Part shown: positions 32,794 through 40,329 of the stretch, piece after piece
Numbering within the stretch: position 1 is the stretch's first letter
Layout: every line of letters starts with the position of its first letter
From: a virus
Taxonomy: Duplodnaviria; Heunggongvirae; Uroviricota; Caudoviricetes
Length of the DNA: 64,000 nt
IMG/VR virus record: IMGVR_UViG_3300007177_000114
Direction: 5' to 3' (one strand)
Position numbers and translations under genes: made by a program
Notes under the pieces: model-generated
Told to the model about the DNA's origin: nothing
Databases searched by the model: none
The model's input: only the letters and a program-made list of their open reading frames with translations

Positions 32794-33061
32794 TACAAGT
32801 GCTATATTTAAAGCCAAAAAAGAAGTTCTAGAACAAAAATATAAAGATATTGTTCTAGAACTTCTAAATCTCTCAAAAGAATGTCCACATTTGGATTTAA
32901 CATATAAATATGATGGTAGTTCAGGTAACTGGGATAGATCTGCAGACATTTATTATATTGATTGGAAATGTCAAGATTGTGGTAAATCCTGGGTGACTAG
33001 TCAAGATGATTCGTGGGATCTTACGACTAAAGTTTATCCACATGCTAAACAAATCAAATAA
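32768..33061 (+). CDS. hypothetical protein with CxxC pair
   Basis: WKCQDCGKSW; 97 aa. Confidence 0.45.
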   Translation: MLLVVHLNNTSAIFKAKKEVLEQKYKDIVLELLNLSKECPHLDLTYKYDGSSGNWDRSADIYYIDWKCQDCGKSWVTSQDDSWDLTTKVYPHAKQIK

Positions 33062-33063
33062 AA

Positions 33064-33140
33064 GCCCGTATAGCCCAACTGGCAGAGGTAGTGGTCTCAA
33101 AAATCATTCAGTGTCGGTTCAAATCCGACTACGGGTACCA
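33064..33140 (+). tRNA. tRNA with anticodon CAA (Leu-type) in a class-I frame; D arm unresolved
   Basis: Acceptor GCCCGTA/TACGGGT, anticodon arm GTGGT-CTCAAAA-ATCAT (two G-U), T arm GTCGG-TTCAAAT-CCGAC, A discriminator, CCA. Confidence 0.45.
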
Positions 33141-33149
33141 AAATAATGG

Positions 33150-33177
33150 TTGACAAAGACTAAATCGGATATATAAT
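33150..33177 (+). promoter_or_regulatory. promoter TTGACA-N16-TATAAT with conserved leader (copy 1)
   Basis: GGTTGACAAAGACTAAATCGGATATATAATCCACTATATAATGAATGAGGG; second copy at 33432. Confidence 0.5.
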
Positions 33178-33206
33178 CCACTATATAATGAATGAGGGTT
33201 TAAATA

Positions 33207-33428
33207 ATGTCTGATCTTAAGTTTTGCAAGAACTGCAAGTATGTGACTCCTGATCCATGGAGCTATATTCCCTTTGTAGGAAAAAGCTTTGATAAGTTTG
33301 CAAAATGTTCTCATCCGCAATTTGTAGAGGTTAATCTTGTTACCGGTGAATCTACAATTAGCAGATATTGTGCTACTGCAAGAATATTTGATTGTGGTGA
33401 AAAAGCTAAGTACTTTGAACCAAAATAA
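33207..33428 (+). CDS. hypothetical small cysteine-rich protein
   Basis: CKNCKY ... CSHP ... YCATARIFDCGEK; 73 aa. Confidence 0.45.
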   Translation: MSDLKFCKNCKYVTPDPWSYIPFVGKSFDKFAKCSHPQFVEVNLVTGESTISRYCATARIFDCGEKAKYFEPK

Positions 33429-33431
33429 CGG

Positions 33432-33460
33432 TTGACAGATACTAAATTTTAGATTATAAT
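33432..33460 (+). promoter_or_regulatory. promoter TTGACA-N17-TATAAT with conserved leader (copy 2)
   Basis: GGTTGACAGATACTAAATTTTAGATTATAATCCACTATATAATGAATGAGGTG. Confidence 0.5.
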
Positions 33461-33486
33461 CCACTATATAATGAATGAGGTGTAAA

Positions 33487-33846
33487 ATGGGTAATCGAAT
33501 TTCTGCTTTTCATGCTATTCCTTTTTCCAATAGTATTGGTCAAACAATTCTTCCTGGCGAAAAAATTATTTTTGCTGCAACTGCATGGAAAAATACTCGC
33601 ATTAAACAGGGTACATTTGATGGTGTAAATAAGGACTCTAAAGATCAGATTACATCTGTTCGAGTTTCTTATCCAATCAATAATTATGTTCATAATGGCA
33701 AATATGAACCGACTGTGCGTCAGCGCTATAATTATCAGACTCGTCGATATGAAGATTATACATATGATCGCCCTCTTTATGATATTGTTCCGGGTATCGG
33801 TCGTTCAACACTTCCTCTCAAGCGAGTCTTTAAGATTGCCGAATAA
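33487..33846 (+). CDS. hypothetical protein
   Basis: ATG 33487 (MGNRISAFHA...); 119 aa. Confidence 0.45.
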   Translation: MGNRISAFHAIPFSNSIGQTILPGEKIIFAATAWKNTRIKQGTFDGVNKDSKDQITSVRVSYPINNYVHNGKYEPTVRQRYNYQTRRYEDYTYDRPLYDIVPGIGRSTLPLKRVFKIAE

Positions 33847-33923
33847 GTAAAATTAAGGATTGGTTGCAGCAATAAAAAAGTTTTTTATTGGAAAAAAACA
33901 AACCACGCCAATCCGTTTAATAT

Positions 33924-33998
33924 GCAGATGTGATGTAATGGTTAGCAAAACGATCTCTAAAATCGTGTGTCAGGGTTCAATTCCCTGCATCTGCACCA
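33924..33998 (+). tRNA. amber-suppressor-type tRNA (anticodon CTA, reads UAG)
   Basis: Perfect acceptor GCAGATG/CATCTGC plus A plus CCA; D arm TGT-AATGGTTA-GCA; anticodon arm ACGAT-CTCTAAA-ATCGT (perfect 5 bp, U33, A37); T arm CAGGG-TTCAATT-CCCTG. Confidence 0.65.
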
Positions 33999-34127
33999 CT
34001 CCTTGATAAGGATATCAATATGATTATAATTTCGTTAAAAGAAACGTAGCAAGAATCCATTCGTGGTCCTCCCGTGGATTTATTATGAACTTTAACTACA
34101 GTGAAAATAAAACACAGGAGAACTAAA

Positions 34128-34778
34128 ATGAATGAAAATATCACTGCTGCATGGAAGCAGCTAGCTAATAAAAAATCAATTCAAAACTATGATGTAGCAG
34201 CATACTGTATCATCAAAGCTATCTTTGCTAAGTCTAACGAGAAACTTGAAGTAGCTAAAGCACTTCTTCTTAAATCATTCTCACCGATTGCTAAAGAATC
34301 TAAACTTAATAATGGTCACACAGAGTGGCAAGCACTAGCTAGTGCTATGGTTTGGATCTTTAGATCCTCACTTTATTCTGAACTCACAGAAGATGAAAAA
34401 GTTCAGTTTGATGATCTAACTAAGAAGCTCTTGAAAGAAGAATGGCAAGATAAGACTTATGCTTACATTCTGGTAAGAAAAGACCTACCACCAATTCAAC
34501 AGGTGGTGCAAGCCGCTCATGTGGCAATGGTTTTAGGTCAACAAGTTCCTAAACACAAAGCTGATGCTAGAAAGCAACATTTCTGTGTATTGGCTCTTGA
34601 AGATAATGAAGACCTTCTTAAGGAAATGGCTAAAGCTACTAGACTTAAGATTCCATTTGCTCGATTCTTTGAATCTGATATTAATCAGTATACCGCAATG
34701 GCTTATTATCCAATGAGAAAGTCATATGCTCAAAGAAAAAGACTTTTTGATGGAAGAAACCTATTGACAATATGCTAA
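34128..34778 (+). CDS. hypothetical protein
   Basis: AGGAG RBS then ATG 34128 (MNENITAAWKQL...). Confidence 0.5.
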   Translation: MNENITAAWKQLANKKSIQNYDVAAYCIIKAIFAKSNEKLEVAKALLLKSFSPIAKESKLNNGHTEWQALASAMVWIFRSSLYSELTEDEKVQFDDLTKKLLKEEWQDKTYAYILVRKDLPPIQQVVQAAHVAMVLGQQVPKHKADARKQHFCVLALEDNEDLLKEMAKATRLKIPFARFFESDINQYTAMAYYPMRKSYAQRKRLFDGRNLLTIC

Positions 34779-34792
34779 ATATGGTGTATTAT
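34764..34792 (+). promoter_or_regulatory. sigma70-like promoter TTGACA-N17-TATTAT in front of the Y-RNA-like array
   Basis: TTGACAATATGCTAAATATGGTGTATTAT; no intervening terminator before the 35582 gene. Confidence 0.45.
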
Positions 34793-34814
34793 ACCCTTAT
34801 AAATTAAAGAATAA

Positions 34815-34866
34815 GGGTTGGGTTCAGCATACAAAAGCTTTTTGAAACAGCAACCAAGTCCAACCC
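34815..34866 (+). ncRNA. Y-RNA-like unit 1 (terminal stem GGGTTGG/CCAACCC enclosing the GTTCAGCA...AACAGCAA motif)
   Basis: 7-bp inverted repeat flanking a 38-nt insert carrying the TTCAGCA/CAGCAA motif. Confidence 0.3.
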
Positions 34867-34877
34867 GTCTACTTTTT

Positions 34878-34939
34878 AGATTCGTTTCAGCAAATAAAAA
34901 GCAATGGACTGTTAATCCAAAACTGCAAAAAGCGAATCT
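34878..34939 (+). ncRNA. Y-RNA-like unit 2 (stem AGATTCG/CGAATCT, motif TTTCAGCAA)
   Basis: 7-bp terminal stem; conserved TTTCAGCAA directly 3' of the 5' stem strand; A-rich tract before the 3' stem strand. Confidence 0.35.
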
Positions 34940-34959
34940 GATTACTAATTTACGATTAA

Positions 34960-35058
34960 AGGATGGTTTCAGCAAACCATTATAGTAGCTCAATGGATGA
35001 GCAAGTGTCATCAAAACACTCGGTGTAGGTTCGAATCCTACCTAAAAAACACCATCCT
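34960..35058 (+). ncRNA. Y-RNA-like unit 3 with embedded tRNA-like domain (D arm, TCA anticodon-like hairpin, T arm GTAGG-TTCGAAT-CCTAC)
   Basis: Stem AGGATGG/CCATCCT; TTTCAGCAA motif; internal GCTC-AATGGAT-GAGC, AGTGT-CATCAAA-ACACT and a canonical T arm; no acceptor pairing of its own. Confidence 0.45.
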
Positions 35059-35072
35059 GATTTCTTACTAAT

Positions 35073-35171
35073 GGAATAAGTTCCGCAACATAAAATCTTC
35101 TTTTTGCACAAGGACCGTGAACGTTCGATTCGTTCGATGCCGAGGCTGGTGCCAGGAAAGGCTATTATTCC
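35073..35171 (+). ncRNA. Y-RNA-like unit 4 (stem GGAATAA/TTATTCC, motif GTTCCGCAA, T-arm-like GAACG-TTCGATT-CGTTC)
   Basis: 7-bp terminal stem; variant motif TTCCGCAA; internal T-arm mimic. Confidence 0.4.
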
Positions 35172-35184
35172 GATAACCAATTTA

Positions 35185-35311
35185 GAGTGACCTTTCAGCA
35201 ACCCAGTCAGATCTCTATAGAGATCATTCAGGAACAGCTAATAGATCTTCGGATGCTATTTGGCACCCAGGCTTTCGAATTTACCTGGTAAAAACAAAGA
35301 AGAAGTCACTC
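35185..35311 (+). ncRNA. Y-RNA-like unit 5 (stem GAGTGAC/GTCACTC, motif CTTTCAGCAA, T-arm-like CCAGG-CTTTCGAATTTA-CCTGG)
   Basis: 7-bp terminal stem; palindrome GATCTCTATAGAGATC; TTCGAAT-containing hairpin. Confidence 0.4.
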
Positions 35312-35329
35312 TGTTAACCCCTTAATTTA

Positions 35330-35448
35330 AGGATGCTTTCAGCAAATTGTCATTTGACAATGTTGGTTCAACTCCAACTTTCGCAACTTTGCGAAATCGC
35401 CTAATGGTAGGGCAATCGTTTTGTAAACGATGTTAAAAAAGGCATCCT
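35330..35448 (+). ncRNA. Y-RNA-like unit 6 (stem AGGATGC/GCATCCT, motif TTTCAGCAA, T-arm-like GTTGG-TTCAACT-CCAAC plus D-like and anticodon-like hairpins)
   Basis: 7-bp terminal stem; internal hairpins TTGTCA/TGACAA, TTTCGCAA/TTGCGAAA, ATCGT-TTTGTAA-ACGAT. Confidence 0.45.
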
Positions 35449-35461
35449 GTCTACTAAAAGT

Positions 35462-35562
35462 AGATTAACTTCCGCAAAAAAATAATCTCCAGTCACTTTT
35501 TTGTGACACTAAAAACCCATAAGTCGGGGTCAGGTTTGATATCCTGAATGACTTGTTAATCT
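35462..35562 (+). ncRNA. Y-RNA-like unit 7 (stem AGATTAAC/GTTAATCT, motif TTCCGCAA, T-arm-like TCAGG-TTTGATA-TCCTGA)
   Basis: 8-bp terminal stem ending 19 nt before the RBS of the Ro60-like gene. Confidence 0.4.
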
Positions 35563-35581
35563 GTAATGAAAGGAATATATT

Positions 35582-37012
35582 ATGAACGCTTTTGCTAAGG
35601 CTGCTCTAAACCAGACCGCTCGTACCACAAACGGTATGAAGGCTCTAAAGACTTCAACTAATCCATGTGTTGATCTTTTCTATAAGATCGGTGCCTCACG
35701 TGGTAAGAATATCATCCCAGATTTTGTTGCTGCTTATACTCATAATAAGGAAGTAGCAGGTCGTATTGCTCTCTGGGCTCGTGATGTTCGTGGTGGTGCA
35801 GGTGAACGTGAAATCTTCCGTTCTATCCTAACCTATCTTTCCGAACACGATCCAAATATGGCTTCTCGACTTGTACTCCGTACTCCTGAACTAGGTCGTT
35901 GGGATGACGTATTTGCAACAACCGGTGAAGCTCGAGTTACTGCCGTCGGTATGATCCGTCGTGCTCTAGCTACTCGTGATGGTCTTGCCGCAAAGTGGAT
36001 GCCACGTAAGGGCCCGGTTGCAATTGAACTTCGTAATGCTCTTGGTTTTACACCAAAGCAGTACCGTAAGACACTAGTAAATCTCTCAAATGTTGTTGAG
36101 AGTCAGATGTGTGCCAAGGATTGGGATAACATCAATTTCAATCATGTGCCATCTGTTGCTTCTGCTCGATACAAGAAGGCATTCAATCGCAACACTCCAA
36201 AGTACAAGGAATGGACTTCTAAGCTTGTCAGCACTGATCCAAAGGTCCGTGAGGAAGTAAAGATCAATGCTGGTGCTGTATATCCATACGATGTACTAAA
36301 GGGTAAGATCAATCACTATGGTTCTAGTTCCTACTCTCGTGCAGAACTCAATGCAGTTCTAGCTCAATGGGAAGCACTACCAAACTACATGAATGGGACT
36401 AACGTTCTTCCTCTGGTCGACGTTTCAGGATCCATGACATGTTCTGTTGGTGGATCCACCAAGACCGGTCTATCTTGTCTTGATGTTGCTGTTTCTCTTG
36501 GTCTGTACTGCGCAGACAAGAACACCGGTGATTTTAAGGACATGTTCCTTACTTTCTCTGGTTCTCCTGAACTTCTTACTCTTCGTGGTAATATTCTTCA
36601 GAAGATTGATCAGATGGTCAAGTCTAATTGGGCTATGAACACAAACATTGTTGCTGCAATGGACAAAATCCTTCGTACTGCAATTAATGGTAATGTTCCT
36701 CAAGAAGATATGCCAAAGATGCTGCTCATTCTTTCCGATATGCAGTTTGATCAATGCGCTCGTTTTGACCACTCTGCACTCGAGTCATTCCGTCACCAGT
36801 TCACAAAGGCTGGTTATGAAATGCCAAAGATCGTTTTCTGGAATCTTAACTCTCATGATAACGTGCCAGTTAAGGAGAATGAAAACGGAGTAGCTCTTGT
36901 TTCTGGCTTCAGCCCTTCTATTCTGAAGTCTGTTCTTTCTGCCGATCTAGAACAATTTACACCAGAAGCTATGATGATGAAGACTATCATGTCTGATCGT
37001 TACGGTTTCTAA
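35582..37012 (+). CDS. Ro60/TROVE-like protein with C-terminal vWA domain (MIDAS DVSGSM)
   Basis: 476 aa; AAGGAATATATTATG RBS; vWA MIDAS motif LVDVSGSMTCSVGGS near residue 283 and a following LILSDMQFD; N-terminal alpha-repeat region; immediately downstream of the stem-flanked tRNA-mimic RNA array. Confidence 0.5.
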   Translation: MNAFAKAALNQTARTTNGMKALKTSTNPCVDLFYKIGASRGKNIIPDFVAAYTHNKEVAGRIALWARDVRGGAGEREIFRSILTYLSEHDPNMASRLVLRTPELGRWDDVFATTGEARVTAVGMIRRALATRDGLAAKWMPRKGPVAIELRNALGFTPKQYRKTLVNLSNVVESQMCAKDWDNINFNHVPSVASARYKKAFNRNTPKYKEWTSKLVSTDPKVREEVKINAGAVYPYDVLKGKINHYGSSSYSRAELNAVLAQWEALPNYMNGTNVLPLVDVSGSMTCSVGGSTKTGLSCLDVAVSLGLYCADKNTGDFKDMFLTFSGSPELLTLRGNILQKIDQMVKSNWAMNTNIVAAMDKILRTAINGNVPQEDMPKMLLILSDMQFDQCARFDHSALESFRHQFTKAGYEMPKIVFWNLNSHDNVPVKENENGVALVSGFSPSILKSVLSADLEQFTPEAMMMKTIMSDRYGF

Positions 37013-37195
37013 TGAATTCGGTTCTAATCGTTCTTATGCTGGTCGGCGGAGTCCCACAAGGCTCCCCGATCAAGCTAGAGAGCACTGACTCATGTAAAGA
37101 TGAGATAAATACAGTTAATCATATGAATACTGTCTTTAAAAGACATAATTCAGAGATTGAATATAAAATTGTAGAGTGTAAGAATTCTTAGACTT

Positions 37196-37276
37196 AAGTT
37201 GGTATGGTGTAACGGACAAGCACGACGGCCTCCAAACCCGTTAGTCCAGGTTCAAATCCTGGTACCTTCGCCACTT
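37196..37276 (+). other. tRNA-like element (T arm CCAGG-TTCAAAT-CCTGG plus encoded CCA) with unresolved acceptor and D arm
   Basis: TACCTTC-G-CCA 3' end but no matching 5' strand found; internal stem TAACGG/CCGTTA. Confidence 0.25.
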
Positions 37277-37342
37277 TTCCCTTGACTTTACCAAATAATT
37301 GGTATATAATTACATATAATCTGTTTCTTAGGAGTTAAGAAC

Positions 37343-38338
37343 ATGACTAAATTAGGCGTATTTATCGGGCGTTTTCAGCCCCTTCACGAAGGTCACATTG
37401 AAGCCATTTCAAATGCTTGCAAACAAGTGGACCTTCTTCTTGTCCTAATCGGATCGGCTAATCAGTGCCGCAGTGTAAAGAATCCGTGGACATATGATGA
37501 ACGACTCGAGATGTTTAAAGAAAAACTTGTTCTCGTTGATCGACGTATTGAAATTCTCCCCTTAAATGATTATCAGTATTCTGCTACGCAATGGATGGCA
37601 GATGTTCGTGCAAGCGTTGAGTATATCCAGGAAAAACACAAGATTACATCAGCACCAATTCTTTTTGGTCACATGAAAGAAGGTAATGATTATCTGAATT
37701 GGTTTCCTGATTGGAAATTTAAAAATATTTCCGCTAAGTATAAGATCAATGCCACGACTGTTCGACAAAATATGATCATGCAAAATGATCCAAAATTCCC
37801 TGCAACAGTTCTCCAAGATTGGCATTTCTATAATAAAGAACAAGAACTGTTTAAGAATTATCCATTCCCGGAAACTCTTAATTTCAATTGTTCTGATGCA
37901 ATTCTAGAATGTCAAGGTCATGTACTTTTAATTCAACGTAAGTTTGCACCAGGTGCTGGCTGTTGGGCTTTACCGGGAGGATTTAGAAACAACAAGGAAA
38001 CATTTCTAGATTGTGCCATTCGTGAACTACAAGAAGAAACAAATGTTCGAGTCCCAGAAAAAGTACTACGTGGATCAATTGTAAAGACACAATTATTTGA
38101 TTCACCTACTCGTTCCTTTGGTCTTCTACGAAATACATTTGCTGTCTATATGCGAATCAATCCAAATCTGGATTATTCTCTTCCTCGAGCAAATGGTGCT
38201 GATGATGCGGCTACATGTAAGTGGGTGCCTCTCACTGATGCTCTTAACTTATATGAACTTTATGATGACCATGCTGCAATCATTTCTACTATGACAGGTG
38301 TTATGCCGATGCCTGCTTTTACAAAACTTAAAAGATAA
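37343..38338 (+). CDS. natV: bifunctional NMN adenylyltransferase / Nudix ADP-ribose pyrophosphatase (NadM/NatV-like)
   Basis: N-terminal GVFIGRFQPLHEGH (HxGH nucleotidyltransferase) and C-terminal Nudix box AIRELQEETN; 331 aa; promoter TTGACT-N15-TATATAAT at 37273. Confidence 0.8.
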   Translation: MTKLGVFIGRFQPLHEGHIEAISNACKQVDLLLVLIGSANQCRSVKNPWTYDERLEMFKEKLVLVDRRIEILPLNDYQYSATQWMADVRASVEYIQEKHKITSAPILFGHMKEGNDYLNWFPDWKFKNISAKYKINATTVRQNMIMQNDPKFPATVLQDWHFYNKEQELFKNYPFPETLNFNCSDAILECQGHVLLIQRKFAPGAGCWALPGGFRNNKETFLDCAIRELQEETNVRVPEKVLRGSIVKTQLFDSPTRSFGLLRNTFAVYMRINPNLDYSLPRANGADDAATCKWVPLTDALNLYELYDDHAAIISTMTGVMPMPAFTKLKR

Positions 38339-38350
38339 GGAGTTTATCTT

Positions 38351-39736
38351 ATGAATATTCTTAAAAATATCCTGCTGAATGTTGATAGCTACAAACTCTC
38401 AATGTTTGAGCAATACCCAGAAGGGACTGAAATTGTCCACAGCTACATTGAATCCCGTGGTGGTGAACATGCTGAGACACTATTCTTTGGTCTACAGGGC
38501 TTCATCAAGGATTATCTTCTAAAGCCAGTCACCATGGAAGATATTAATATTGCAGAAGAAATTCTTCAAGCCCATGGTGAACCGTTTAATCGTGCCGGTT
38601 GGGAATACATTGTAAACAAACACGGTGGTAAATTACCAGTTCATATCTGTGCAGTACCAGAAGGTACCGTTGTTCCTGTTAGCAATGTTCTTGTAACTAT
38701 TGAAAATACAGATAAGAATTGTTTCTGGTTAACTACACATCTTGAAACAGCTTTACTTCGAGCAATTTGGTACCCTACAACTGTAGCAACTAACAGCAAA
38801 GCCATCAAGAATCTAATTAAAGAATTCCTTGAAAAGAATGGTGATCCTGCTGGTCTAGGTTTTAAATTACATGACTTTGGTGCTCGTGGTGTATCTAGTC
38901 AAGAATCCGCTGGGATTGGTGGTGCTGCCCATCTAATTAATTTCATGGGTACCGATACCATTGCTGGTATTCTTTGGGCTCGTGAACATTATAATGCTGG
39001 TGTTGCTGGTTTCTCTATTCCTGCAGCAGAGCATAGCACTATTACAAGTTGGGGTCGTCCTCATGAAGTAAAAGCATATGAAAATATGCTGAATAAATTT
39101 GCAAAGCCTGGATCCATTCTTGCTGTTGTAAGTGATAGCTATGATGTATTCAATGCAGCAGAAAATCTCTGGGGTGGTGAACTAAAGCAAAAAGTACTTG
39201 ACTCTGGTGCTACTCTGGTAATTCGGCCCGACTCTGGCCATCCAGTACATGTAAACTGTAAACTTGTAGAAATTCTAGATAATAAATTTGGTTCTACAAT
39301 CAATAACAAAGGATTTCGTGTTCTGAATAATGTGCGTTTGATTCAGGGTGATGGTGTTAATTTTGATACTGTCAAAAAGATTCTTACCGCATTCCATAAT
39401 GATGGATACTCTGCTGATAATATTGCCTTTGGTATGGGTGGTGCTCTTCTACAGCATGTCAATCGAGACACACAGAAGTTTGCTATGAAATGCTCTGCTG
39501 TGCGTGTTGGTCAGCATGATTGGAGAAAGGTTCTTAAAGATCCTATTACCGACTCTGGTAAGAAAAGTAAGGCAGGTCTACTTGAACTTTGGCGCAAAGA
39601 TAAAAACTTTGCTACTTCTGAAACTGCTCCTGAACTACTCAATGGTTGGGAACGTGGACTAGAAACCGTCTACCTAAATGGTGAACTAATCCGTGATATG
39701 ACCTTTGAGGAAATCAGGAATAATTCAAATGCCTAA
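38351..39736 (+). CDS. nadV: nicotinamide phosphoribosyltransferase (NadV/NAMPT)
   Basis: 461 aa, NAMPT-family length and motifs (GTDTIAG, DSYD); adjacent to natV, as in KVP40-like phages. Confidence 0.8.
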   Translation: MNILKNILLNVDSYKLSMFEQYPEGTEIVHSYIESRGGEHAETLFFGLQGFIKDYLLKPVTMEDINIAEEILQAHGEPFNRAGWEYIVNKHGGKLPVHICAVPEGTVVPVSNVLVTIENTDKNCFWLTTHLETALLRAIWYPTTVATNSKAIKNLIKEFLEKNGDPAGLGFKLHDFGARGVSSQESAGIGGAAHLINFMGTDTIAGILWAREHYNAGVAGFSIPAAEHSTITSWGRPHEVKAYENMLNKFAKPGSILAVVSDSYDVFNAAENLWGGELKQKVLDSGATLVIRPDSGHPVHVNCKLVEILDNKFGSTINNKGFRVLNNVRLIQGDGVNFDTVKKILTAFHNDGYSADNIAFGMGGALLQHVNRDTQKFAMKCSAVRVGQHDWRKVLKDPITDSGKKSKAGLLELWRKDKNFATSETAPELLNGWERGLETVYLNGELIRDMTFEEIRNNSNA

Positions 39737-39763
39737 CAAAAGGGGAGCCATATGGCTCCCCTT
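39737..39763. terminator. bidirectional rho-independent terminator
   Basis: AAAAGGGGAGCCATATGGCTCCCCTT palindrome between convergent genes. Confidence 0.6.
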
Positions 39764-39766
39764 ACT

Positions 39767-40039
39767 TTATGGCTCATATCCCATACGAAGTAAATCATGA
39801 ACATATAATAAAGCGGTTTCTTTAGCTGATTCCAAAGAAAAGTGCATTCCTTTAGAGTTTACGGCTTTATTTTTCCACATTATGAAATAAACTCCATAAT
39901 TTGGCTGATAAGCAATTGATACCTCGGTAGTATATAAATTTAATATACCTGGCGCAGTTACAATCCATTCTGGTTCAAGATCAAAATCCAATTTTTTCTC
40001 CATACAAAAAACCCTTGTGCATGTATTTATTATGCACAA
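39767..40039 (-). CDS. hypothetical protein
   Basis: 90-aa ORF. Confidence 0.45.
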   Translation of the reverse strand: MCIINTCTRVFCMEKKLDFDLEPEWIVTAPGILNLYTTEVSIAYQPNYGVYFIMWKNKAVNSKGMHFSLESAKETALLYVHDLLRMGYEP

Positions 40040-40056
40040 GGGTTTTATTTTATAAA

Positions 40057-40329
40057 CTATTCAGATAGAGTTCTATAACTGATAGTTACATTTTCACCAA
40101 ACTCATCAAAGATTTGTTTTCGTAGGATATTTCTTGCATTTTCAACCATAACACCACTTTCTCTTGTGTCATATACTGTAAGAGTTCTTGTTCCACAGTT
40201 CTTAAGAACTTTAGCTTCTAGCGTGTACTTCTTGAACTTGCTTAAATCTTTCTTTTTTCGAAGTTCTGTGAAGTAACCATATGGCTTGTTGTTCCAAATA
40301 TCCTCTAGTTCTTCTCGTGTAAAAGTCAT
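40057..40329 (-). CDS. hypothetical protein
   Basis: 90-aa ORF. Confidence 0.45.
   Translation of the reverse strand: MTFTREELEDIWNNKPYGYFTELRKKKDLSKFKKYTLEAKVLKNCGTRTLTVYDTRESGVMVENARNILRKQIFDEFGENVTISYRTLSE

Noticed and set aside
33924-33998. Genome-wide stop-codon reassignment (TAG recoded) implied by the suppressor tRNA
   Set aside because: Long conserved genes (gp43, gp41, UvsX, NadV, PstS) are intact under the standard code with no in-frame TAG interruptions in this window. The suppressor more likely serves selective read-through.
34815-35562. Possible CRISPR array, because of regularly spaced short repeats
   Set aside because: The repeated elements are unit-specific inverted repeat pairs flanking variable inserts, not identical direct repeats with fixed-length spacers. 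No cas genes are nearby, and the inserts contain tRNA-like hairpins.
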